The notes under the pieces were generated by a model, which ran no database searches, was not told the origin of the DNA, and saw only the letters and a program-made list of their open reading frames with translations. This document shows positions 37,641-46,111 of a stretch of DNA of 64,000 nucleotides, piece by piece. The number at the start of each line of letters is the position of its first letter. The stretch's first letter is position 1. The stretch lies in IMG/VR virus record IMGVR_UViG_3300031867_000045, positions 1 through 64,000 of that record; one strand, written 5' to 3'. Origin of the DNA: a virus. The position numbers and the translations under genes were made by a program.

Positions 37641-38970
37641 TTATTTAAACTTTTTTGATGAATTATTGCATTTTGGCGGATTGCACAAACCAACATGATA
37701 TTACTTGTATAATTTGCACAATGCCGGGATCGTGCTGCTATTACTGGATATAGTATTATATATTATACTTATTATATACCACAATATTATATTGCTATAA
37801 AAGAATATTACATACTGTAATATGATATCGGATCAATTACTATTTGTATATTTTATTATTCTATAATAGAATATTGTATAGTCCTGGATCATGCTTATTA
37901 TTCTATTGTAGAATTATAATTTTGTGGGATAAAGTACCGTTTATTGGACTTTGTTTGTATTGAGTACAATAAATTGGACTTTGTAAAGTACATTATTGCG
38001 ATGATATAACTTTAATTGTGATGATTAAATTTGATTGAATTGTGATTATTTTTGATTAAATTTGAGGGAATTTGACTGAGTTTGCTTTTAGGTGTAAAGC
38101 ATTTTACTTTACACCTCTCGAAAAATCTGAAAATCCTTTATTTCTTTTAAAGCATAATAATTTCATAGAATCCATCGGGATCATGCTACAATTCCAAAAT
38201 GTGAATAAAACATTTATTTGATGACTATATTGTAATTCTGTTTTTTGCACTATTACAGAATTAAAGCCCAAAAATTGAGCATTTATACTACTTGCCTACT
38301 TGATAGGTAGGTAGGGGGTAGGTTTACATCTCGAACATCTGTTCGAGCCGGATGCCGGTTTTAATGTGCTCCCCTCTACTCTCACCTCAAAATTTAAATC
38401 CCCCTTACCTGTTCAATTTTTGAACACTCACCGAAAATTACAGTCAACAATTAAAGGTGTTCAATAATTGGTACTTTTTCTGAAAATTAGTCGTTTATCG
38501 AAAACGCAAAAAATTTATTAAAGTGTTCAATAACTGATACTTTTTTGGTGAAATTTTCGACGTACCGAAAACTGAGTAAAAATCCCGCAATTTTTCGTTT
38601 TTATAAAAGCTCAGTTTTTGAACAAAAATATTTTAAGGTAAACGATCAAAACAATCGATCATGGTGGTTTCGAGATAAAAGTTGCGGAAAATTGATGAAA
38701 ACATTTCGGTAATTTTGCTCCGAAATTCTGGTAAGCAACCCGAAAAATCATTCCGAAAATTACCTTAAAACGAAACTGCGACCGCAACTTAATCTATTTA
38801 CTATATACTATACGTTACTTATATAATTACATTGTATATAGATTAAGTAAAGTATATAATTACTATACATAACGTATAGTAAATAATAATTACTATAAGT
38901 AATGTATAGTAATTAATATATATATAATATATATACCTATTTATATGCGATTTTTTAGATCAATTTAAAC
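37641..38970. promoter_or_regulatory. large non-coding divergent control region with several repeat families (candidate replication origin or regulatory hub)
   Basis: No ORF of 60 aa or more. Three copies of GGGATC(G/A)TGCT-type sites (about 37725, 37883, 38173). Perfect inverted repeats ggtgtaaag/ctttacacc and tcgaaca/tgttcga. Two ~32-nt direct repeats (gtgttcaataa-tg-tactttttt) at about 38456 and 38520. At least 8 CCGAAAA repeats at 38400-38760. Palindrome array B at 38760-38960. Confidence 0.5.
38760..38960. repeat. AT-rich 29-bp palindrome array, copy B
   Basis: aattactatacataacgtatagtaa and aattactataagtaatgtatagtaatta; ends tatatgcgatttttt like copy A. Confidence 0.6.
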
Positions 38971-38974
38971 TTAT

Positions 38975-39025
38975 TCAAGAAATATCTCGAAAAGACTTGA
39001 CAACCGAGGAAATATGCTCTACAAT
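38975..39025 (+). promoter_or_regulatory. rightward promoter cassette (motif, TTGACA-17 bp-TACAAT)
   Basis: TCAAGAAATATCTCGAAAAGAC-TTGACA-accgaggaaatatgctc-TACAAT, followed by aacctgcgggattgcaggtt hairpin, then GAGG RBS and ATG at 39085. Confidence 0.7.
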
Positions 39026-39084
39026 GAATATTAGAACATTAAATCAAACCTGCGGGATTGCAGGTTCTTTTATTTGAGGTGTTT

Positions 39085-39654
39085 ATGAAAGATAAGCAAA
39101 CAAATGTGATTTACACTGACGGTCAAAAGAAAATCGTTATCAATGGGAACAATCTCTATATCTCAAAAAGAAATCCTAAAATCAAAACGATTATTTCAAC
39201 CATTGCAATTATCATCATCATTATCTTGCTGGTTCTTCTTGGTTTGAAATCCTGTGACCGCGTTAAACAATATATGGTCGCTACTCCCGACCAAAGTGCC
39301 GTGGAGTGGCAAGGTGAGCAGACAATCAAAAATCCTAATCCGAAAACATCTGCCGGTTCGTATATTCCCGGATTCGCTGTTCTCAATCTTGTATCTAATA
39401 CAAAGAATCAAAAGGTTAATTTTTATAACCCATCTGAGAATAGCTGCTACTTCAAAATGTATTTGTTTATTGACAACGAGCTTGTATGGAAATCTGATTA
39501 CATTAAGCCCGGAACCGGATTTTATGATATTCAGCTTAGTCGCACATTCGTGCCTTGTACGACAAAAGGATATTTGAAAATTGAATGCTACACCATGGCT
39601 GAAACGCGATTAACGAAAACCGTTAATGTAAATTTTGACGTAGAAATATATTAA
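39085..39654 (+). CDS. membrane protein (single TM)
   Basis: Hydrophobic stretch IISTIAIIIIIILLVLLGL. The ATG at 39085 is preferred over the TTG at 39058 because the upstream part forms the leader hairpin. Confidence 0.45.
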   Translation: MKDKQTNVIYTDGQKKIVINGNNLYISKRNPKIKTIISTIAIIIIIILLVLLGLKSCDRVKQYMVATPDQSAVEWQGEQTIKNPNPKTSAGSYIPGFAVLNLVSNTKNQKVNFYNPSENSCYFKMYLFIDNELVWKSDYIKPGTGFYDIQLSRTFVPCTTKGYLKIECYTMAETRLTKTVNVNFDVEIY

Positions 39655-39680
39655 TAATTTTATGAAAGGATTGGTACGAA

Positions 39681-40214
39681 ATGAGAAAATTCATTTCCCT
39701 TGTACTTGCCGTAGCCATGTTGGTTTCTGCTGTTGGCATCGTTACGGCTTATGCTGAGGATTATCGTGAGGACGGTAATACTTTCGCAAATTCAACAGTT
39801 ACATTTAGACAGCCGAGTTCATATTGTATTTTTATCCCCGACATGATTGGTCTTGATTATGACTATCAGATCAGCGGATCAGATATGAACATTTCTGATC
39901 GTGAGTGTTTACGAGTCCTATTGAGCGGTCTTGATTCTGAGAACCATGTGACTTTTGAAAGCCAGGACGGAACCGCTACTTTGAAGAAGTCTATCGAACC
40001 CAAGGTTTTGTTGAACGGCGGCACTACACTCAGCGATTTGGGTTGCCCATCGAATTGTGTGGGTTATTTTCTAAAAGGCGATACAATGTCGGAAGTTGCT
40101 TTCGGACTTAGTGAAGGCTATTCTGATTTTCATTCAAATAACGGCATGACGCAGCCGCCCGCCGGAGAATATTTTGCTCCTGTTACATTTGAAATTTCTT
40201 TAAATAGTTTCTAA
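39681..40214 (+). CDS. secreted or lipoprotein-like hypothetical protein
   Basis: N-terminal signal peptide MRKFISLVLAVAMLVSAVGIVTAYA. Confidence 0.45.
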   Translation: MRKFISLVLAVAMLVSAVGIVTAYAEDYREDGNTFANSTVTFRQPSSYCIFIPDMIGLDYDYQISGSDMNISDRECLRVLLSGLDSENHVTFESQDGTATLKKSIEPKVLLNGGTTLSDLGCPSNCVGYFLKGDTMSEVAFGLSEGYSDFHSNNGMTQPPAGEYFAPVTFEISLNSF

Positions 40215-40234
40215 TTAAATAGGAGATTTGCCTA

Positions 40235-43048
40235 TTGGAGCAAAAAAGCTGTCATCGTCTTGTTTATAAGATTGACAGTTCAATGTTAAAGAGGGCAAAT
40301 TGGAAGCTCAATTTATCACTTCAAACCGCCATGAGAACTTGCCCCGATGTTATTGTTGCACTGAACGATAGCCAGTGTTTGAGATTCATTGATGAAATCA
40401 ATGGCGTCGCAGATGTCAATAATAAAGTTCGAGCTATCCAAAACAAAATCAAAAAAATAAAGAAGAAGCCGAAAAGCAGAGAGAATCTTAAACTGATTAA
40501 CTGCTATTACGAAACTCTTTATGGTTTACAATTTCAGCGCGACTATATCAGCGTTGTAATGAATAGCAAAGAAGACTATGATCGGGCTAATTTAGGGTTC
40601 TCAATAAATTATGGCTTAATTGACAATAAAGAGTGTATTATTCATTACCGCCGTTTTTTAGGCACGAACGGCGGTATCAAGAAATCCACTATTGTATATG
40701 TCAATGAACAAATCTATACAGAGTTGAAACGCCGACTTGATAATGGCAGAAATCCAAACGGAGAATTTGTACCTGCAAAATTAGAAGCCTATCAAGGTTT
40801 GATTTGTTCTGGTTCCATTCCTCTCCCATCTCCAAAAGGAGTGATTGTCGTTAGAGATTGTATCACCCATTTTAAGGAAGATGTTATACTAATTGATGAC
40901 AGTGGAGAAGGCGAACCAAAATTAACATACGAAGACAATTATGAAATTGAACATAATGATTCTGATGGATATGGGTTAATGACACCGGAATATTCACGTG
41001 TTGTTAATAATTTTCTTTGCGGAGAGGATAAACCGATTTCCGGAATGAATACTCGTTCTGCATTTACTAAGGGTATGCTTTACACCTTTGATTTTAAAGA
41101 ATTTGCAGAAAAGATAGCAGGTACTTTTGAGGTCGAGGACGTATGGGGAGATAAGCGCGATATCCGAGATGCCGATGTAATACTCACGGAATCCATGCTC
41201 AAATTGTGGTCAAGTTATGATAGTTGGGAAGATTATCTTGAAAATTGCAAAAAAAACAATTATCACTTGTCGGCAACAAAGACTACTCCCGATCAATTAG
41301 AAAACGTCCGAGATACGAACTATCAATTTTTGCAATCGTATGAGTTTTCAGACGATGATCTGTATAATTTGTGTTTGCCGACCATCAAAGAAATTAAGGA
41401 TGTAATTGGTTTAGACTACCGTAAAAGTTTAACGTTTCTTGCCGGATTCGGTTTAGACGACAATACAGCATTTAGTCAAAACCTTAATTCATATATTAAG
41501 GCATTGATGGTTGAGCCTAAATTAATCAATGATCCGTTTATCCGAAAGAAAATATACCATATGATTCGTAAACGAATTGAAATGGGTGAGCGTGGCGCAA
41601 TTCGTATTAAGGCGAATTACGCTATGATAAGTGGTGATCCATACGCACTTTGCCAGTCTATTTTTAATCTTACCGTTACAGGATTGTTAAAAGCAGGAGA
41701 AGTATATCACAAATATTGGATTGATCGCGGTTCGGATGAAATAGCTTGTTTCCGTGCTCCGATGACGTGTCACAATAATATCCGCAAAATGAAACTCTCG
41801 CGCTCACCCGAAGCTGCTTATTGGTATCGTTACATTGATACGGCACTGATCTACAATGCGTGGGATAGTTCATGCGAGGCTATGAACGGCGCGGATAAAG
41901 ACGGCGATACTAATATGTGTACCGATGATCCAATTATTGTTCAAAACACAAAACCACTTCGGACAATAATTTGTTTACAGAAAAACGCAAAAAAAATCAT
42001 TCCTACCGAGGAATCTATTATTGAAGCAAATAAATTAGCTTTTAATGATGAAATCGGAGAAGTAACGAACCGAGTTACAAGCATGATTTGTATTGCCGAT
42101 GGTTTTCCAAAGGAATCAGAAGAATATAAGGTTTTGCAATACCGCATTATGTGTGGTCAGTTATTCCAGCAAAATACAATAGACCGAGCAAAAGGTATTA
42201 TTTCAAAATCCATGCCCGTTCATTGGTATTCAATGCGAGATAATCTTATCGGAGAAGATGATAATGAGGAATCAAAAGCAAAAAAGATATTCAATCAAAA
42301 AATTGTTGCTTCTCGGAAACCTTATTTTATGGGATATGTTTATCCTAAACTTCGTGCTGAAAATAATACTTACATTAAAAATAATACTTTAGGTGCAATT
42401 CGCCGCTTTAGTGAATTTGGTATTAATGATATTACCGATTTGATTTCATATGAAAACCCAACTCCTGAAATGAAGGAATATTTGGATTACTACAATAAGC
42501 TGACGCCAGTTGATAATAATAAATGTGTTATTAATCGAATTGCATGGTTATTTGAATCAGAGTTCAAAACGTTTATGTCGGATTATTCAAGAAAGATACG
42601 CGAGTCAGATAATTGCATATTTGATTATAGAATCATGAAATCCGGCGTTGAATATAGCCAGTTGCAGTATGATAAAATATCGGAAATATACAAAGAGTAC
42701 CAACTAAGGACTAAAGAATACCGCAAAGAATCTCGAATCAAAAAGGTCGAGAAGTATGACAATATCGAGCAACACATGATTTTGGTAAATTTCTTTAAAC
42801 GAGAGTGTGAGGAAATTTGCCCGAATGAATATGAATTATGTGATATTCTTTTGGATATGTGCTATCAAGCGGAAACTTCAAAACAATTTGTATGGGATAT
42901 GTGCGGAGATACTATCCTTCAAAATCTTTTAAAGAAACATGATTATGAATTAACATATCCTAAACTGGTTTCCGATCAAGGTGAATTTGAATATTGCGGA
43001 GAACAATTCATTATGCAGAAAACGCGAATCGAGGTGATTGATGTATGA
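40235..43048 (+). CDS. large protein (937 aa) with a NADFDGD-like motif; candidate non-canonical two-barrel RNA polymerase (YonO/QDE-1-like)
   Basis: TTG start 9 nt after AGGAG. The motif AMNGADKDGDTNM resembles the metal-binding NADFDGD loop of multisubunit RNAP beta-prime, YonO, and the DYDGD of QDE-1. No other polymerase family motif (PolB, primase) is evident. Confidence 0.35.
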   Translation: MEQKSCHRLVYKIDSSMLKRANWKLNLSLQTAMRTCPDVIVALNDSQCLRFIDEINGVADVNNKVRAIQNKIKKIKKKPKSRENLKLINCYYETLYGLQFQRDYISVVMNSKEDYDRANLGFSINYGLIDNKECIIHYRRFLGTNGGIKKSTIVYVNEQIYTELKRRLDNGRNPNGEFVPAKLEAYQGLICSGSIPLPSPKGVIVVRDCITHFKEDVILIDDSGEGEPKLTYEDNYEIEHNDSDGYGLMTPEYSRVVNNFLCGEDKPISGMNTRSAFTKGMLYTFDFKEFAEKIAGTFEVEDVWGDKRDIRDADVILTESMLKLWSSYDSWEDYLENCKKNNYHLSATKTTPDQLENVRDTNYQFLQSYEFSDDDLYNLCLPTIKEIKDVIGLDYRKSLTFLAGFGLDDNTAFSQNLNSYIKALMVEPKLINDPFIRKKIYHMIRKRIEMGERGAIRIKANYAMISGDPYALCQSIFNLTVTGLLKAGEVYHKYWIDRGSDEIACFRAPMTCHNNIRKMKLSRSPEAAYWYRYIDTALIYNAWDSSCEAMNGADKDGDTNMCTDDPIIVQNTKPLRTIICLQKNAKKIIPTEESIIEANKLAFNDEIGEVTNRVTSMICIADGFPKESEEYKVLQYRIMCGQLFQQNTIDRAKGIISKSMPVHWYSMRDNLIGEDDNEESKAKKIFNQKIVASRKPYFMGYVYPKLRAENNTYIKNNTLGAIRRFSEFGINDITDLISYENPTPEMKEYLDYYNKLTPVDNNKCVINRIAWLFESEFKTFMSDYSRKIRESDNCIFDYRIMKSGVEYSQLQYDKISEIYKEYQLRTKEYRKESRIKKVEKYDNIEQHMILVNFFKRECEEICPNEYELCDILLDMCYQAETSKQFVWDMCGDTILQNLLKKHDYELTYPKLVSDQGEFEYCGEQFIMQKTRIEVIDV

Positions 43049-43929
43049 TTATCTTGAATGAGCGAGAGTATGCTGAGGATTGCTTGAAAAACGGGATCAT
43101 AAACGACAATCCATATATCACGGTATCAATTTTAGCAAAGTATTATTATCATTGTCATGGATTCCGCAAAAAGAAGATAACGAGATTGTTGCTTGAATTT
43201 CTTTCTAAATATTATTCAAGATATGAAATAAATGAAATAAGTTGGATTTCGAGCGTCGAAAAACTCGCAGCCAACGCAGGTAAATATCCGTTATTTGAAA
43301 TTCCCGGCGTAAAGATAACAAAAGCGGAAATGAAAACCATCACTGATCTTAACAATAAAGTATTAGAACGGCTGGCTTTTACGATGCTCTGCCTTGCTAA
43401 ATTATGTGATGCTAAAAACTCCGAAAATAATGGCTGGGTCAATTCCGATTCAAAAGATATATTCAAATATGCGAGAATTTCATCTACTATAAAAGAGAGA
43501 GAAAAAAAGATAGGAAGGCTATGGCAGTTAGGATTGTTAGAATTTCCGAAAAGAAATGATAACCTGAATTGCCGTGTAACATTCATTAATGATAATGATG
43601 AAGAAGAACTATTTATATCCGATTTTCGTGAACTTGGATATGAGTATTTAAAGTATAAGGGAGAAAATTTCATTCGTTGCGCTGAGTGTGGAATTTTAAC
43701 TCGTGGTAATAAGGCAGGAACAAAAAAATATTGCGGTTCTTGCGCGACCTATACTCCACAACTAACAAAGACAATAGTATGTATTGATTGTGGTAAAGAA
43801 ATCTTTGTTAATTCAAAAAATAATCAATCTTGTCGTTGCGAACAATGTCAAAATAAGCGAAATATAGAATTAAATCGTATATCATCAAAAGAAAGAATGA
43901 AAAAATATCGTGCATCTCAAAACAAATAA
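43045..43929 (+). CDS. zinc-finger protein (C-terminal multi-CxxC), function unknown
   Basis: 294 aa; C-terminus CAECG...CGSC...CIDCG...CRCEQC; overlaps the upstream gene by 4 nt (coupled). Confidence 0.45.
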   Translation: MIILNEREYAEDCLKNGIINDNPYITVSILAKYYYHCHGFRKKKITRLLLEFLSKYYSRYEINEISWISSVEKLAANAGKYPLFEIPGVKITKAEMKTITDLNNKVLERLAFTMLCLAKLCDAKNSENNGWVNSDSKDIFKYARISSTIKEREKKIGRLWQLGLLEFPKRNDNLNCRVTFINDNDEEELFISDFRELGYEYLKYKGENFIRCAECGILTRGNKAGTKKYCGSCATYTPQLTKTIVCIDCGKEIFVNSKNNQSCRCEQCQNKRNIELNRISSKERMKKYRASQNK

Positions 43930-44162
43930 TTAATTTTGTTACGGATAGCAATTTGTAGATGAAACAATTAGGTGTAGATACAACATATAGTAAAACCCAC
44001 TATTTAAGCCATTTTTAACACTATATATTGTGTTAAAAGAAATTTTCAAAATTTCGTTAAATGAAGGGAATATACCCTTTATACTCTCATTTCTTTATCT
44101 TTCTCTTTCTCTTGATGACGCACCAGCTCGGCAAGAGTTGGGCTGGTGCAATCCCTTTATAT

Positions 44163-44239
44163 GCGGATATGGTGTTCAACGGTTAGCACGTTGGCTTGCC
44201 AAGTCAAAAGTACGAGTTCAAATCTCGTTATTCGCTCCA
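44163..44239 (+). tRNA. tRNA-Gly (anticodon GCC)
   Basis: 77 nt; anticodon loop ttGCCaa; T-loop ttcaaat; CCA encoded; acceptor identical to the minus-strand tRNA-Gly(TCC). Confidence 0.65.
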
Positions 44240-44311
44240 TATAAGACACACGCAGCAATTATTCAGAATAATTTTTGCGGTTAAAAAATATTCATGGTGT
44301 CTTGTTCTTAT

Positions 44312-44388
44312 TGCGGGATGGAGCAGATGGTCAGCTCGTCTGCCTCATAAGCAGAAGGTCGTGGGTTCGAGTCCCACTCCCGCAACCA
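44312..44388 (+). tRNA. tRNA-Met or tRNA-Ile2 (anticodon CAT)
   Basis: 77 nt; D-stem gagc/gctc; anticodon stem tctgc/gcaga, loop ctCATaa; T-arm gtggg-ttcgagt-cccac; U1-A72. Confidence 0.6.
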
Positions 44389-44404
44389 CTAATTTAATCA
44401 ATAT

Positions 44405-44489
44405 GGGAGAATCGTATAGCGGCAATTACGGCAGACTGTAAATCTGTTCCCGTAAGGGTTCGATGGTTCGAGTCCATCTTCTCCCACCA
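44405..44489 (+). tRNA. tRNA-Tyr (anticodon GTA), long variable arm
   Basis: 85 nt; anticodon stem gcaga/tctgt, loop ctGTAaa; long variable arm; T-arm gatgg-ttcgagt-ccatc; CCA encoded. Confidence 0.65.
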
Positions 44490-44492
44490 TAT

Positions 44493-44569
44493 GCTTGTGT
44501 AGCTTACGAGGTCGGAGCATCGGTCTGAAAAACCGAAGGATGGTGGTTCGATACCACCCTCAAGCACCA
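44493..44569 (+). tRNA. tRNA-Phe (anticodon GAA)
   Basis: 77 nt; anticodon stem tcggt/accga, loop ctGAAaa; T-arm ggtgg-ttcgata-ccacc; CCA encoded. Confidence 0.6.
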
Positions 44570-44572
44570 TAT

Positions 44573-44648
44573 GGTTCCGTAGTTCAAATGGATAAAACAC
44601 CGCCCTGTCACGGCGGAGTTATGGGTTCAATCCCCGTCGGAATCGCCA
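44573..44648 (+). tRNA. tRNA-Asp (anticodon GTC)
   Basis: 76 nt; anticodon stem ccgcc/ggcgg, loop ctGTCac; T-loop ttcaatc; CCA encoded. Confidence 0.65.
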
Positions 44649-44651
44649 AAT

Positions 44652-44726
44652 GTAGGTGTAAGTCAACGGTAGACGGCTTGCTTTGGGAGCAAGTAGCTGG
44701 GGGTTCGAGTCCTCTCACCTGCACCA
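44652..44726 (+). tRNA. tRNA-Pro (anticodon TGG)
   Basis: 75 nt; anticodon stem cttgc/gcaag, loop ttTGGga; T-loop ttcgagt; CCA encoded. Confidence 0.6.
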
Positions 44727-44776
44727 AACAGAGTTCGGCACGCCTCTGAATATGCGTACCATGCCGAGCCATATAT

Positions 44777-44852
44777 TCCCACGTAGTTCAGTTGATAGAA
44801 CTCTCGACTGTTAATCGAGTAGTCGCAAGTTTGAGTCTTGCCGTGGGAGCCA
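44777..44852 (+). tRNA. tRNA-Asn (anticodon GTT)
   Basis: 76 nt; anticodon stem ctcga/tcgag, loop ctGTTaa; CCA encoded. Confidence 0.55.
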
Positions 44853-44855
44853 AAC

Positions 44856-44930
44856 GGGGGATTAGTTTAATAGGTAAAATCCTCGCCTTGCACGCGAGGG
44901 TCAGCGGTTCGAGTCCGCTATCCTCCACCA
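44856..44930 (+). tRNA. tRNA-Ala (anticodon TGC)
   Basis: 75 nt; anticodon stem ctcgc/gcgag, loop ctTGCac; T-arm agcgg-ttcgagt-ccgct; CCA encoded. Confidence 0.65.
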
Positions 44931-45038
44931 AATACATAAACAGGACAAGGAGTAATTAACCTTTCTCGGTGCTGCTACACCGAGATTACTGTTTGTGTAT
45001 AGAATAAATAGACAAATTTTAGCAGAAAGGAGTTTATT

Positions 45039-45794
45039 ATGATAGGAATATATAAATTTACAAACAAATTAACAGGCAAATCTTATATCGGACAAAGTAG
45101 AGATATACATAAAAGATACATTCAACATAAATGTAGGCACGAAATATGTTTACACGAAGATGCGCCAAAAGAAGATACATACTTCCATTCAATGCTTAGA
45201 CATTATGGATTTCATAATTTTGATTTTGAAATTTTAGAAGAATGTGAAATATCGGAATTGAACGAAAAGGAAGTTTATTATATTCAAAAATACAACACTT
45301 TATATCCGAATGGTTATAACAAAGATAAAGGTGGAAACACACCTCATCCTAATGCACTTAAATCTTATGAAGATGTTGATGAAATAATAGAACTGTTAAA
45401 AACAACAAAACTTTCAAATATCGAAATTGGAAACAAATATGGAGTATCAGACCAATCAATTTCAGATATAAACAATGGTAGGACTTGGATAAGAGATGAT
45501 ATTAAATATCCAATCCGAAATACATTTGAAGCAAAAAAGATTATTTGGAAATGTAATTCATGTGGGAAAGTATTATCTGGTAAAACCAAAAGCGGATTAT
45601 GCAGAAGTTGTTTGAATAAAAACATACAGGATAATTCTTCTATGCCTGATAAAGAAATATTATATAATTTATTATTACAATATTCGTTTACTTATGTGGG
45701 TGATAAATTTGGAGTTACCAGTAACGCTGTAAGAAAATGGTGTGACAAATATAATATCCCACGACATTCTTCATATTACAAAAATGTTGCTTAA
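45039..45794 (+). CDS. GIY-YIG homing endonuclease (I-TevI/Seg-like) with C-terminal zinc finger and HTH
   Basis: N-terminal GIYKFTNKLTGKSYIGQS...R...YFHSML..G..NFDFEILE...NEKEVYYIQKYNTLYPNGYN is a textbook GIY-YIG core; C-terminal CNSCG...CRSC zinc finger; sits inside the tRNA cluster. Confidence 0.75.
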   Translation: MIGIYKFTNKLTGKSYIGQSRDIHKRYIQHKCRHEICLHEDAPKEDTYFHSMLRHYGFHNFDFEILEECEISELNEKEVYYIQKYNTLYPNGYNKDKGGNTPHPNALKSYEDVDEIIELLKTTKLSNIEIGNKYGVSDQSISDINNGRTWIRDDIKYPIRNTFEAKKIIWKCNSCGKVLSGKTKSGLCRSCLNKNIQDNSSMPDKEILYNLLLQYSFTYVGDKFGVTSNAVRKWCDKYNIPRHSSYYKNVA

Positions 45795-45812
45795 TACCCG
45801 CAAGGGTAATAT

Positions 45813-45886
45813 GCTGAAATAGTATAATGGTAGTACCGCGGATTTGTAACCCGCTAATCTGAGTTCGACTCTCAGTTTCAGCTCCA
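45813..45886 (+). tRNA. tRNA-Thr (anticodon TGT)
   Basis: 74 nt; D-stem gtat/gtac; anticodon loop ttTGTaa; T-arm ctgag-ttcgact-ctcag; CCA encoded. Confidence 0.6.
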
Positions 45887-45927
45887 CACAATAGCGAAAG
45901 CTAAATAAAAAATAGGAGAAAAAGATA

Positions 45928-46101
45928 TTGAAAGAAATTACAAAGCAAGAAATCAATTTGCTTGAAAAGCACAACATCATCAAGAACACACATAAAGGCT
46001 ATATTGGAGTAGATGACGGCTATCAGGTTGGATTCTATCGGACGGTGAACAAAAGATACATTCAAGATAAATATGCCGATATAGCAAAAACACTTAAATA
46101 A
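45928..46101 (+). CDS. small hypothetical protein (58 aa, TTG start)
   Basis: AGGAG RBS 8 nt upstream of TTG; ORF LKEITKQEINLLEKHNIIKNTHKGYIGVDDGYQVGFYRTVNKRYIQDKYADIAKTLK fills the gap between tRNA-Thr and the next gene. It falls below the ORF-track length cut-off. Confidence 0.3.
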   Translation: MKEITKQEINLLEKHNIIKNTHKGYIGVDDGYQVGFYRTVNKRYIQDKYADIAKTLK

Positions 46102-46111
46102 GGAGCTATAT

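Noticed and set aside
8191-39025. The many evenly sized repeats of TTTCGAGATATTTCTTGA-like sequence superficially suggest a CRISPR array
   Set aside because: Copies are separated by whole genes (0.5-3 kb), not 25-40-bp spacers. They occur in both orientations. Each is attached to a -35/-10 promoter and RBS. They are promoter cassettes, not CRISPR repeats.
39058-39084. TTG start at 39058 for the first rightward gene
   Set aside because: That stretch forms the leader hairpin (aacctgcgggattgcaggtt) downstream of the promoter. An ATG with a GAGG RBS at 39085 is the more plausible start.
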